A stretch of DNA of 64,000 nucleotides from positions 171,678,001 to 171,742,000 of the forward strand of contig OX597814.1 in NCBI GenBank assembly GCA_951406725.2. The letters are read 5' to 3'. The notes below the pieces were generated by a model that had not been told where the DNA came from, ran no database searches, and saw only the letters and a program-made list of their open reading frames with translations. Both the position numbers and the translations under genes were made by a program. The stretch comes from Octopus vulgaris. Its lineage: Eukaryota. Below, one piece after another: positions 25,009 through 39,229 of this stretch. Numbering within the stretch: position 1 is the first letter of the stretch; every line of letters starts with the position of its first letter.

Positions 25009-25205
25009 TTATATAATATAATATAATATAATATAATATAATATAATATAATATAATATAATATATAATATAATATGATATAATATATAATATAATATAA
25101 TATAATATAATATAATATAATATAATATAATATAATATAATATAATATAATGTAATACAATATAATATAATATATCATATAATATAGTATAATATAATAT
25201 AATAT

Positions 25206-25503
25206 TGTGGAAGGTCTTGTAAAGTCTATTTAAGAAACACACAAAAACCGTTCGATTCACTTCAACATTTAAGTTTAATTTGTCAAAATATTTTCGTCGC
25301 TTTAATACCGCGACCTGTTCACTGACAACAGGTCGCGGTTGTAAAGCGTGAAAATATTTTGAAAAATTAAACTTAAATGTTGAAGTAAATCGTTCGGCTT
25401 TTGTGTGTTTCTTAAATGGCTTACAAATAACTTCCACGCTGCAATTGTTTTCGTTTCAGCACACGATCTCAGATCAAATCACTTGCTATGCAAGTACATC
25501 TCC
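25206..25503. mobile_element. PLE pLTR inverted pair, same family as 2178-2547
   Basis: Arms meet at ~25325-25328. The long arm ends cacgatctcagatcaaatcacttgctatgcaagtacatctcc, matching the reverse complement of 2178-2220. Confidence 0.7.
25280..25328 (-). ncRNA. Minimal hammerhead-like ribozyme, G3:C8 variant (third copy)
   Basis: Minus: TTGTCA GTGAACA G GTCGC-ggtattaaa-GCGAC GAAA ATAT T T TGACAA. Only loop II differs from 2421-2470. Confidence 0.7.
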
Positions 25504-25801
25504 GTAATAATATAATATTATTACAATTATAATTATATTTCAAATATACATAACAAAGTTTAAAGAGTTTCTAATATAGAAATCATTACTCCTCGTAGAA
25601 TGGGTAGATGTATTTAATAATAACAATGTTGACAATATAATGTTCACGATGGTTAGGAGGAGCACGGCAAAAGATAGCTATTGGTGTGTCAGTGCATTTA
25701 TACATAAACATATATCTGTATGTGTGTGCGTGTGTATGTGTGTATATATGTATATATATATATATGTTAGAGGTATTGGGGGTGATGTACAGATTTAATA
25801 C

Positions 25802-26020
25802 ATATGAAAGAAAAAAGGTGTTCAGAATGCTGGATGGTTGTAAAAATATATATTTATTTACATATCACATATTATTTCTTCATATTAGCGCTTTCAACTA
25901 CTCCTGATGAAACTACAGGAGTAGTTGAAAGCGCTAATATGAAGCAATAATATGTGATATGTAAATAAATATATATCTTTACAACCATCCAGCATTCTAA
26001 ACACCTTTTTTCTTTCATAG
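25802..26020. mobile_element. ~105-bp-arm palindrome (PLE pLTR pair) with a canonical hammerhead core at the centre
   Basis: CTGATGA (25904-10) AACTAC-agga-GTAGTT GAAA GCGC T A; helix III palindrome AGCGCT. The 5' strand of helix I is removed by the inversion. Confidence 0.72.
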
Positions 26021-26030
26021 GTATATATAT

Positions 26031-26288
26031 ATGGTCATGTTGCCAGCTTAGCCAATAAAAACACACGCACAATATATTTGATGTTAATTTGCTTCAGCCT
26101 TATATATTTTTTACATTAATCTTAATCTTATTTCGGCCAGAGTTCTTTCGTCACACTTCTGTGACTTCATCAGTGGTCCTTTGCTTTCTTCTTTCTTATT
26201 TGTGTGTCTCTCCTTACTAACGGTCATCCATTTTGTATTTTATATTCCTATTTAATGGAAATATTGGCTAAAGTGGCAACATGACCAT
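26031..26288 (-). mobile_element. Putative PLE fragment bounded by a 27-bp inverted repeat
   Basis: atggtcatgttgccagcttagccaata (26031-57) vs tattggctaaagtggcaacatgaccat (26262-88), enclosing a hammerhead motif. Confidence 0.55.
26137..26176 (-). ncRNA. Minimal type-I hammerhead ribozyme, canonical core
   Basis: Minus: CCA CTGATGA A GTCACA-gaag-TGTGAC GAAA GAAC T C TGG. Cleavage triplet CUC. Confidence 0.72.
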
Positions 26289-26364
26289 TAAAAAATACAA
26301 CAACATACATCTGTTTCAATACACGATTTCACATCAAGAATCTTGCAAAACATATATATATATA

Positions 26365-26585
26365 TTTAGGATGCCTTAAGGATTACCGATGAAATGTATA
26401 TTCATTCATTTATCTACAGTATCGAACGACAGAAGACTGTAGTCGGCACCCTTCACGTCATAACAAACCGTTTCGGATGACATATGAACCATTTTCATGT
26501 TCGATAAGGCGCAATGTTCCCGTGGGGCGCTAAATGTCGAGGCGTGAGCTCTCAGATAGGACAGAAATTTTGTGTGTTATATAGG

Positions 26586-26658
<73 letters not shown>

Positions 26659-26912
26659 CGCGCGTGTGTGTATATATATATATTTGTGTGCTCGTGTACA
26701 TTCATGTGAGGCGGAATACCTTTGCATACTGCATAAAGCCCTCAACTCTTGTTAAATGTTTATTAATGACTGGCCTGAAGAGTTGTACTAATATAATACA
26801 CGGATATTCATATCCATGTGTATATATGCTTCTGTATGTATATATATATATACATAAATATGTGCATATATATATATGTATACAATATATATTTATATAT
26901 ATGTATACATAT

Positions 26913-26944
<32 letters not shown>

Positions 26945-26999
26945 GAATATATATATACATATATATGAACATATTTATGCATGTATATATATGTATACG

Positions 27000-27040
<41 letters not shown>

Positions 27041-27258
27041 CATATATATATATGTATGTATATATTTATATATATATTATGCATATATATATATATACAT
27101 ATACATATGTATATATATATATATATATATATACGTATACATACATATATACATGCATAAATATGTTCATATATATGTATATGTATACATGTGTATATAT
27201 ATATATATGTATACATATATATATATATATATATATATATTGTATACATATATATATG

Positions 27259-27319
<61 letters not shown>

Positions 27320-27774
27320 ATACATATATATATGCACATATTTATGTATATATATATATACATACAGAAGTATATATACACATGGATATGAATATCTGTG
27401 TATTATGTTAGTACAACACTTCAGGCCAGTCATTAATAAACATTTAACTCTACATCAACAAGAGTTGAGGGCTTTTATGCAGTATGCGAAGGTATTCCGC
27501 CTCACATGAATGTACACGAACACCCACATATATATATACACACACACACAATTCCTATACAACACACAAAATCTCTGTCCTATCTGAGAGCTCACGCCTC
27601 GACATTTAGCGCCCCACGGGAACATTGCGCCTTATCGAACATGAAAATGGTTCATATGTCATCCGAAACGGTTTGTTATGACGTGAAGGGTGCCTACTCC
27701 AGTCTTCTGTCGTTCGATACTGTAGATAAATGAATGCATATACATTTCATCGGTAATCCTGAAGACATCCTAAA
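26365..27774. repeat. ~1.4-kb fold-back (inverted duplication)
   Basis: 26365-~27000 is the diverged reverse complement of ~27130-27774, including mirrored microsatellite blocks. Confidence 0.92.
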
Positions 27775-28136
27775 AGCACAAATGTCAATTTTTGTTTGTT
27801 GTATGCTCTTTGTGGCGAGGGTGGATATTTTATATAAATCTGTCTCTCTTATTTCTTTTGATATTTGCTTATCTCTTTTATATATGTGTATTTTAGTAAA
27901 TTTCGTTGATGCAGTTTGTATACAGATGCATATATACATATGTATGTTTGCAAGTGTTTATATGTGTATGCATGCATGCATGTATGTATGTATTCATTTG
28001 CATGTTTGTGTTTGTGTATAGATATATGTATATAGAATTCATCATCGGGTAATTTTTCCTGTAGCATATTTACCTTTTCTGTCTGTCTCTCTCTCTCTTG
28101 ACAGATATACATACATACATATATATATGTATATGT

Positions 28137-28194
<58 letters not shown>

Positions 28195-29196
28195 GCGTAT
28201 ATATATATATATATATATACATAAATACATACACATATATATGTATGTATTTATGTATGTATATACATATATATATACATATATATTTATATACACATTG
28301 TGTTTATATTCATATAGACATACTTACAACACATGTAGTGGTAAGACAACAAGGGCTCGACTTCTAGCATAATGGATGTCCACTTTGTGGTCATCCCACT
28401 TGTATATACGTACAACGTATATGCTTCTATATGTACTAAATATGTATGTATATCCGTGCATATGTGATTATATGAATACAAATACAAATAGATACATATA
28501 TACATAAATATAAATGCTATATGTTTCTGTGAATACATATCTATACGTATGTGCGTGTATATACGTGTGTGGGGCTCTGTGTATATATACGTATAGATAT
28601 ATGTATATGTATTTATGCATGTATACCTATATGTATATATATTTATGCATATATGTATATGTATTTATGCATGTAGGTATACATGCATAAATACATATAC
28701 ATATATTTATACGTATATACACACATATACATATATTTATACACATATACACACACGTGTATGTATGTATATATGTTTGTATGTATGCATACACTAATAA
28801 GATATACATATAAATATTGAGATGATATACACTAATATGGAGATCATTATTTTATCATCAAAACCTGTTTGGGGATTTTTTCTTTTTGTTCTTTGCGTGG
28901 TAAGGAGGTGACGCAAATCGAGCATATGGCTTAATGAGGCTTAAGTATCTTTCCTCCTATCTGTACCGCCATACTTTACCAGTCATTGCTTCAAGGCAAT
29001 GGCATTCTCCCACCGACTGACTGACACCGATCAGATTTTTATTCATGCCACCGCTACAATTATTGGTGCTACCCGCTCTATACTGGCCAACGCAACCATA
29101 ACTATTGCCAACAGCAACACCAACGTAATCGTGTTTCTACTGTAGGGCATGATTCTCTATATTATTACAGCCGAATATAATATATGATCCACAAGT

Positions 29197-29233
<37 letters not shown>

Positions 29234-29267
29234 ATATATAGACATATATACATAGACATATATATAC

Positions 29268-29302
<35 letters not shown>

Positions 29303-29309
29303 CATATAG

Positions 29310-29352
<43 letters not shown>

Positions 29353-29359
29353 CATACAC

Positions 29360-29400
<41 letters not shown>

Positions 29401-29422
29401 TATATTATATATGTATATGTAA

Positions 29423-29472
<50 letters not shown>

Positions 29473-30171
29473 TATACCATTATGTATTTCTTCTTCACAT
29501 ATACATACACACACACACGTACATACATACTTACATGCGTATATAGATACACAGATACATACACACATACATACATACATACATACATGCGTATATACAT
29601 ACATACATATATACATACATACATACATACATACATACATACATGCGTATATAGATGCACACACACATGTCGTATAGCGTCTTTTGTGGAAACTTACATG
29701 GCAACTTGTCGTAGAGGAAAGATGGCCTCTACAACATGGCTTCCACGCTGCAAGATGACAGTTAATTCAAAATGACTTTCGATAATTCCCGCTTACTCTT
29801 GTTTCTGTTGCTTCACATGTATGTATGTATGTATGTATGTATGTATGTATGTATGTATGTATGTATGTATGTATGTATGTATGTATGTATGTATGTATGT
29901 ATGTATGTATGTATGCATGTATGTATGTATGTATGTTTGTATGTATGTATGCATGCACGTATGTATGTAGTTATGTATGTATGTATGTATGTATGTATGT
30001 ATGTATGTATGTATTTATGTATGTATGCATGTATGTGTTTGTGTGTATGTGTGTGTGTGTGTGTGTATTCCACTTTGCTCTGTTTTTGATATTCTTTTTG
30101 TGTCCACTTGTATGTTTTTGTTATTTTTCTTCTTGTCGCTAGAGTATTTTTTCCTACTTTACCCATTGCAT

Positions 30172-30262
<91 letters not shown>

Positions 30263-30495
30263 CAACTATACATCCTGTTTTACTCTACTTCTTCTTTCCA
30301 TTTCCAATTTCTAGATGTAGTCTTCTACGACCAAAATTCCTTGACATAATCATACGTCTCGTTTTGCAAAATGTCCAGTATTCTTAGAATTACATTCTCC
30401 CGCCAGCGGCGAAATGGTCATTTATAACCGAACATCAGTTTTTTTTTTCTAATTGCTTTATAATAGTCCGTTACGTTTTGTGTACGTGTGTGCTC

Positions 30496-30544
<49 letters not shown>

Positions 30545-32479
30545 TACACACATATATATATATATACATATGTGTGTCTGTATATGTGTGTGTGTACACA
30601 TGTACGGGTGTGTTTCCTAACATAAGTTATATATATATACATACAAATACACACACACACATATATGTATGTATATATTATACAATCTTCTATATGGGGA
30701 ACGTATATGTATGTATGTATGTATGCATGTATGTGTATATATATATATATATATATATACATGTGTGTGTGTGTGTGTGTGTGTGACTGTGTGTGTGTTT
30801 TATACAATAACTCATTGACGCAGATGGTTTGTATTTTTTTCATATAGTCTGATGGGTTAGAGTAATAACTTCAGGATTTGAAAGCACTTCCAGGACCTAT
30901 GACCTCTATGTGGCTGATGTTCAGATAAGACTTCTACTGGTCGGACACTCTAGCAGAAAAATATGGACAGGGATTAGAGCTTTAGGGATTTGTTGTTCAA
31001 GGATAGTTGATGCTATTTTTTTGTTTCTTTTTCAATCTTGGGTGATGTGGGAAAGTCGGTATCCATGTCAATTTTCAGGGCCTCTGAGAGTGGAATGTGG
31101 CCTTTTTAAATACTATCAACCCTAAAGCACACAAGAAGCAGATGGTACTTTAAACTGGCCGGAAGATTATGACCATTATTCACGGAGGTGGGAATTGAAC
31201 TCAGAAAGGAAAGAGCCGAAAGAAAAAAATCGTATGGTATCCTTTTCGATCTTTTAATGATTCTGCTCGGCCGTTGTCCAGGACTGATAGTTTATTTATC
31301 GACCCTGAAAAGATGACAGGCAAAATTTACTTCTTCAGGAACTGAAGGCAGAACATAAGGAACCGGAATGCATACTGCAAGGTATGCCGCCTGACACTCT
31401 AAATCTTCTGCCAATTCGCCACCTATGCTATTGAAAGATTTTGTAATTCTGAAGTTCTTTAAAATCACGTGTCTAAGAGAAGAAACAGTAAGAGGCTGAA
31501 CCGAACACAGCAGAAAAGAATTATCTAATAATTGGATAAACATGTAGTTGGATAAACATGATTTTATTGTGCATATAATCCCAATTCCTTTTGATGAGAT
31601 TCTCTTTGACTACCCTTTAGGAGTGTACTTTTGTTTTTACTTAATCATCTGCTATGGCCACTAAAATAAGTACCAGTCATGTTTTGGGTTCTATCTTCGA
31701 TGACAGTTCATTTCACATGCAATGATAAATCTGGGACCACGTGCCTGTGTTAGAAACCGTTATTTAGTCGAAAGAGAAAGGAGAGAAGAAGGAAGATGAA
31801 CAGGAAGAGGTCAATGACTCGGAAAAAGAAAAAAAATCTGGGTTAGAAGGGAACACTAAAATGCAATATATCTGGGGAGAAAATGAACAAAATGTTTGGT
31901 ACGCGTGCTTAAGTAGAGTCATTTGGTATGATGAGAGAAAGAGGATTTTTGGAGAAGAATATAGAAAACATAACGCTAGTAAATCGATAAAGTACACACG
32001 TTGGTAATAAAATAATAGTATATCACATTGGCAATATTATATAAAGCTTAATATTAGTAATAGGATAATATACAGTGTGTTCGTAATTCAATAAAATATA
32101 CAGTGCTGGTAATAAAACGGTTTCAAAATTTAGCACAAGGTCAGCAAGTTAGGAGAAGGGGGTAAGTTGATTACATCGACCCCAGTACAAATACAAACAC
32201 ACACGCGCATGACTGCTTGTACGTGTGTGCGTAAGTATGCGAATGTCTACAAAAGGTTGTGGCATCCTTGCTGCATTGCAGGCCACCGAGCAATGATGGA
32301 ACCCACAGTATTTATTTGTTGACAGCAAGCCACAACATGCATGAATCAGATTTGGGTCTTAGGCCAGTTACACCGCTGGGCAAGTACCCAGGTGCCAATA
32401 CCTTAAGACGGCACTTCATAAAGCATAACTTGCGGAAGGTGTGCATCACATCTGTGTTGTGTCTTCATGTCATAGAATT

Positions 32480-32676
32480 TAATTTCAAGATTTGGCAGGA
32501 AGGCGTTAAGTCGATTACATCGACCCCAGTGTTCAACTGGTACTTATTTCATCGACGCCAGAAGGATGAAAGGCAAAGTCGATCTCTGCGAAATTTGAAC
32601 TCAGAACATGAAGACGGACGAAATGCTGCTAAGCATTTTACACGGCATGCCAATGATTCTGTCTGCTCGCCGCTTT
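32480..32676 (-). mobile_element. SINE family A
   Basis: gtcgattacatcgaccccagtg...aaggatgaaaggcaaagtcga...tttgaactcagaac...gctcgccgcttt. Confidence 0.8.
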
Positions 32677-32889
32677 AGTGTGAAGAAAATATATGATGCC
32701 GGTAATGATTTAATACGTATAATGTTAGTTCCATGATGCACCTCGCAGTTTCTTTGAGATACGTCATCAGTGATGCTGCTGAGATTTCAAGGTGTTTCAT
32801 TCATGTTTTTTTAACATGAGGCTCCTCAGTTAACCCAGCTGAGATTAATCAAATCACCATTTTCATCTCAGGAGCAGCAAATTACTGGT

Positions 32890-33530
32890 CCGCCCCCTTT
32901 ATCAAAAGGCATCTGCAGTTTACGCAAATTCATTTGTCTTTACGTTCTGATTTCAAATTGCACCGAGATCCCTTTCGGACTCGATGAAATAAGTACCACT
33001 GAACACTGGGGTCAATGTAACCGACTAGTAACCCCACACCTCATCTCCTCACCCCAAAATTTCAGGACTTACGTTTCTACTGGAAAAAGATCTTTCTTAT
33101 CTTTATAGATGATGTTGGGAAATACATAAGGCGGTCAGCTTGCAGAATTGTTAGCACGCCGGGCAAAATGCTTAGCGGCATTTCGTCTATCCTTACATTC
33201 TGAGTTCAACTTCCGTTGAGTTTAACTTTGCCTGTTACCCTTTCAGAGACGATAAAATAGATTGCAGGTGAGCACTGGGGTCAATGTAATCGATTTAACA
33301 TACCCCTCCCCACAAATTTCAGACTTTGAGCCTATAGTAGAAAGAATTATTATAAGGCGGCGATATGGCAAAATCGATAGCATTCCTAGCAAAATACTTA
33401 GCGGCATTTCGTCCGCCATTACGTTGTGAGTTCAAATTCAGATTGAGTTCAAATTCAAACTGGGGTTAATATTATCGACTTGTATCCTCTCAACGAGATT
33501 GCCGGCCTTGTGCCAAAGTTTGAAACCAAT
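32890..33530 (+). mobile_element. Head-to-tail array of three SINE family A copies
   Basis: Heads at ~33128 and ~33353 (aaggcgg) closely follow the tails of preceding copies (tagtagaaagaattattat). Confidence 0.78.
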
Positions 33531-34412
33531 AGAACAGAAATACATAGTACAGCAATCTACGTTGGTTTCAACGATATGTGTTCCATTGGTCAATCAGTGA
33601 TATGATCTACTCAGTGAACTACTGTGCAAGTGGATGAGTAGTCAACAGACACATGATTTCTGATATTGACACAAACTGCATATTTCAAGGGAAGAGAATG
33701 TAAGCGATTACATCGACTCCTTGTACGTCATTTGTAGTTCATTTTATCGATCATCGAATGACTTGCAAATTAAACTCCAGAGTGATTCATATGTAAAAAG
33801 CACCAAACAGAGTAATGCAAGCAGTATTTTGTTTATGCTTTCCTGGATTCAAAACACTTGACAAGAACCATTACAATAATACACGTACATCAATACGAAA
33901 TGAATGTGCCATAGATTTCACAATAATGTAGGGGTGGATGCGTATAAAACTTCATAATTTAAATAATTGTCAACATCTCATTAGATATTCTCGGTTTTCT
34001 GCTAACAGACCAAGTCTATTGTCATTTTCTCAATTATTCAAGGAATTGACTGATTGCCATATTACATTCTGGTTATTAGTCAGTTTTCTAAACAACTGAA
34101 GGCCGGTTCTAATACTTAACTCTTACTGCAAAGTTCCTTATATCCGAAAGAGCTGTAAGCTAGTGATGGCGACTATGAGACTTTATATATATATATATAT
34201 ATACACACCAAATATATACGTTTTATTTATTATTTTGCACATTACTTATTCATTGTTATATGTTTTATCTTATATTCATTTTTCTATATATTTTTTTTTA
34301 GTTTCAGCCCACAAGGTGTGGCCATGCTGGGGCACCGCCATAATATGTAATTTTTCTTAATGGTATAATTTAATTTTTCAATATCGAATTGATAAAAGTT
34401 GTTTTTTTTCTA

Positions 34413-34488
<76 letters not shown>

Positions 34489-34504
34489 TATATACGCACA
34501 CACA

Positions 34505-34677
34505 CGAGGGGGTGCTGAAAAGTTCCTGGTGGTGGGTAACACCTTGCCTTCTCATATTCACACACCTATTGCAGCAGTCCTTCAGTTTTTCTAAGCCCTG
34601 GTAAAACTCGGAAAGTCGGGCTTCCACCAGACCTTTCGCGATACCCTTAAACCCAAGAACTTTTCAGCATCCCCTCG
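34505..34677. mobile_element. Mariner-like MITE (173 bp)
   Basis: TIRs cgagggggtgctgaaaagttcctgg / ccaagaacttttcagcatcccctcg, followed by TA. Confidence 0.85.
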
Positions 34678-34808
34678 TATATATATATATATATATACAC
34701 ACGAATAATTCTAATTTGGAATTGATTGCCGATGTACATAAAAGACATTAATAATACTATGCAACAAATTTCAGGTTTTAAAAAAAGTACAAGTTAAGTA
34801 AGACTTGT

Positions 34809-35287
34809 TTCTGGGTCAAAAAATTGTCCTGATTCTGATTCTGACCTTTATTTCTCCAGATTAGGCACCGTTTTCCTGTACCATGAACCATATGTTGCAT
34901 AATATACTGCATAATATTGCGTATTGAGCACAACATTGCAAATACTGAAAGTTACAAAAAACGAAACAAAAATTTAGTTGGTATAACAAAACATATATTG
35001 ATTATGAATTAAAAACACACCTGTCAGTTTAAACAAATTTTGTCCTTCTAAGTCTCTTGTGAGGAGTGGGATCTTCTTTTTTTTTACCCGTCTGCCAACA
35101 TGCCAGGGTTCCATTTTCCTTTGAATCGTCGCTCCATCACTGAAATATCCTGATGGAATCTGTCGCCATGTTCATCACTCACATCGCCAAGATTTTCTGC
35201 AAAAAAAAAAAAAAAATCCAATAAAAGTGAAGCACATGAACTTTTAGAGAGATTTTAACCTATGCAGGAGAGATTTTTGACCCAGTA
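34809..35287 (-). mobile_element. Internally deleted Chapaev3-like (CMC group) DNA transposon
   Basis: TIR ctgggtcaaaaa (34811-22) / tttttgacccag (35274-85). Minus strand encodes SLKVHVLH..DFF.AENLGDVSDEHGDRFHQDISVMERRFKGKWNPGMLAD. Family name is from motif recall. Confidence 0.7.
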
Positions 35288-35600
35288 ATTACACTCTATT
35301 ATTTAGAGCTTTATATAAGGCAGCTAGCTGGTAGAATCGTATTCACCCAGTTGAGTACTGGTGTTGGTGTTATCTATTTACCCTTCCCTCAAAATTTCAG
35401 GCCTTATAGCTATAGTAGAAAGGATTATTCATAACGTTATATAAAGCGGTGAGCTGGCCGAATCGTTAGCATGCCGGACAAAAGGCTTAGCGTATTTCGT
35501 TCGTCTGTACTTTCTGAGTTCAGATTCGGCCGAAATTGGCTTTGCTTTTCGACTTTTCTCCTCTCTCAAACTTGCTGGCCTTGTGACAAAATTTGAAACC

Positions 35601-36026
35601 ACTCTTTTACTCTTTTACTTGTTTCAGTCATTGGACTGTGGCCATACTGGAGCACCGCCTTTAGTCGAGCAAATCGACCCCCAGGACTTATTCTTTGTAA
35701 GCCTAGTACTTATTGTATCGGTCGCTTTTACCGAAAAGCTAAGCTACGGGGACGTAAACACACCAGCATCAGTTGTCAAGTGATGTTGGGGGGGACGGAC
35801 AAACACATACACACAAATACACACACACTCACACACACACACACACACATATATACATATATACGATGGGCTTCTTTAAGTTTCCGTCTACCAAATCCAC
35901 TCCCAAAGCTTTGGTCGGCCCGAGGTTATAGTAGAAGACACTTGCCCAAGGTGCCACGCAGTGGGACTGAACCCGGAAGCATGTGGTTGGTAAGCAAGCT
36001 ACTTACCACACAGTCACTCCTACGCC
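35601..36026 (-). mobile_element. SINE family B, full-length (tRNA head, CORE-like ccttgggcaagt, internal microsatellite, CR1-like tail)
   Basis: Head ggcgtaggagtgactgtgtggtaag...gggttcagtccc; tail (GTAAAAGA)n. Confidence 0.9.
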
Positions 36027-36474
36027 TAAAGCTATTTGTAGCTTTATATGTATTTTGTCAACCAACTCCCAAAAGAATTGTGATATAAAAATTCCGGATT
36101 GACGTCTAAAGTCTACAACAATACTTTTTGTTAAAGTATGTTTCAAAGAGAAATTTTCTCAAATATGAAACCCGTTGTACAGATAAAATCTGGGCTACAT
36201 TAATGGTGGGACGTGGGGACCGTTTTCGGTGCCAGCAAGAGATTAGGGCTCACCAGCACCTCTGAGCTTCCGACCTGTATTTACACAGCATATCTTGCCT
36301 CGGCTTGACTTTGGATCATGCCAAAACGTTGAAGGCAAGGCCTGTGAGATATTATACAAGCCATATTAGATCTAAACTCCCACATGGGAGTCGGCTGAGC
36401 TTACTATAGTCAGTGGCAGGTTTTTCCTCCAAAACGAGCGGACAGCTGCCACCGCCTCCGCCGCCGCCACCACC

Positions 36475-36506
<32 letters not shown>

Positions 36507-36614
36507 AGGCAACATCATCATCATCATCACTTGTGCATATGTCGAAGTACATGTGTGTGCGCACGAGACAAATGCGTATATGTATGCATGTGTGTATGTG
36601 TGTGTATATATATC

Positions 36615-36667
<53 letters not shown>

Positions 36668-36727
36668 CATATATATATATTTATATATGTATAAATATAT
36701 ATATATGTATATATATGTATGTGTATA

Positions 36728-36768
<41 letters not shown>

Positions 36769-36891
36769 TTATACAACATATATGTTTATAAATGTATGTA
36801 TATATATGCATACATGAAAAATATAGACATGCATATGCATGTACATATATGCATAGGTACATATATTGCATACTTATATATATACATACAC

Positions 36892-36950
<59 letters not shown>

Positions 36951-37656
36951 GTGTATATGTATATTCGTGTGTATGATTGTTTGAAATAAAGAAACGAATT
37001 TCATAAGAAATTCTAAGATTCGTGTCTGTAGGGATTAAAAAAAAATTTCATTTTGACCTATTGCTGTCAAATTATTTTCTGAAATAACTATGTGTTTTGG
37101 GAAAATAATCGGAATACTCGCCTTCGTTCTTCCTCTCTCTCTCTCTCTCTCTCTCCCTCTCTTTCCCAATCTCTCTTCCCCCTCTCCCGCTCTTTTGCTA
37201 TTTTTTTTTCTTTTAAAGGAATAGAAACTTTACAGTTATTTTTCTATGAGTAGGGTCTAATTAAAACAGCCCCAGGGTCGTCAGTTCTTGCAAAAGGTAT
37301 ATGGAAATATACATATCCATCCATCCATTCATCCTTATATATATATATGTGTATGTATGTATGTATATATAACATAGTAAAGAATAAATGTCATTTTGTG
37401 AAGATAATTTTACTTACAAATATACTAATATATTCACAAGAAAAAAAAAGTGCTTTGCAAAATACCAAGTCCTTTAAGCAGTCATAAACATATGCAGGTT
37501 TTCAGGAGACCATAAATACAAACGTACGAACATACGCACGCACTCAGAGATATATTAAAATGTATGCATCCATACATCTTTCTTTCTCCCTCCCTCTCTC
37601 TGTGTTTGTCAGTCTGCTATTCTTTCTGTCTGTTTCTCTTTTTTTCCTTCTTTCCT

Positions 37657-37700
<44 letters not shown>

Positions 37701-37781
37701 TTTTTCCTTCTTTCCTTCTTTCTTTCTTTGTACATACGTGTGTGTACGCGTACGTGCACGTGCATGCATATATATATATAA

Positions 37782-37817
<36 letters not shown>

Positions 37818-37854
37818 ATATAGATATTTATATGCCTGTATGTACATAGATCTC

Positions 37855-38105
37855 TCTTTTCACTCTTTTACTTGTTTCAGTTATTTGGCTGCGGCCATGC
37901 TAGAGCATCACCTTTAGTCGAGGAACTCGATCCCAGGACTTATTCTTCGTAAGCCTAGTACTTATTCTATCGGTCTTTTTTGCCGAACCGCTAAGTTACG
38001 GGGACGTAAACACACCACCATCAGTTGTCAAGCGATTTTGCGGGGACAAACACAGACACACAAACATATACACCTACATATACATATACATATATACGAC
38101 TGGCA
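37855..38105 (-). mobile_element. SINE family B, 3' half
   Basis: ctctttacttgtttcag...gcggccatgctagagca...gccgaaccgctaagttacggggacgtaaacacacc. Confidence 0.85.
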
Positions 38106-38803
38106 TATGGTAGTCATTCTGGCTCTTTAAATTCTGAGTTCAATTTCTCACCCCAGTCAACTTAGACATTCAACTTTACAAAACTTTTACGAAGGCAGCG
38201 AACTGGCCGGACCATTAGAGCCTTGCTATGTATATATATATTTTTCGGATCTTTACGTTCTGAGTTCAAAATGCCGTCGAGGTCAGCTTTGCTTTTCATC
38301 GCTCCAGAATTGATGAAATAAGAGAATGGTCATATACTTGAGTTTCATAATGATAATGATGATGATGATGATGACGATGATGATGATGATATTGTTGACG
38401 ACGATGGTCGTAACGAATGACCATGATATCAGAGACCGATGATTAAAATGGCGGCAATGATGAGAATGGTAATGGAGATGGTAATCATACAGGGACAAAA
38501 ATGACCTCCCTCCCCCCACAAAAACTAACAATGTATATATATATATATATGAGTAATAGTAACTATAATACAACTGCAAACATGATAATATATTTGTGTG
38601 TGCGTGTGTGTGTGTGTAAATGTATGTGTATATACACACGAACACACACTTGTCAAAACGTTTTCAATTGCACCAGTTTAAGTGTGCGCATTGACCGTTC
38701 CCGTATCGTTAATATGTGTGCTTTTGAGGCCCATACAAAACATCGCACGCTGTTTGACATACATATATGCATGTTTATATCAAGGGACTACACATACACA
38801 CAG

Positions 38804-38844
<41 letters not shown>

Positions 38845-38904
38845 CGTATATATGTGTATATATACACATATATGTATATATATATACATACATACATATA
38901 TATA

Positions 38905-38972
<68 letters not shown>

Positions 38973-39134
38973 GCAGGTGTAGGTATATATGCATGTACGT
39001 ATCATCATCAAAATATAATTGCCAGCTCTTACCTTTTCTGATGAATCGATTGTTGTCCAAAAGATGACGTTTCCTCTTTTTCTTTTTTCTTTCCTCAGCA
39101 TAATATACATATATACACATATGTGTATGTGTGT

Positions 39135-39229
<95 letters not shown>

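Noticed and set aside
26785-26815. CTGAAGA in the fold-back arm
   Set aside because: No helix II-GAAA downstream.
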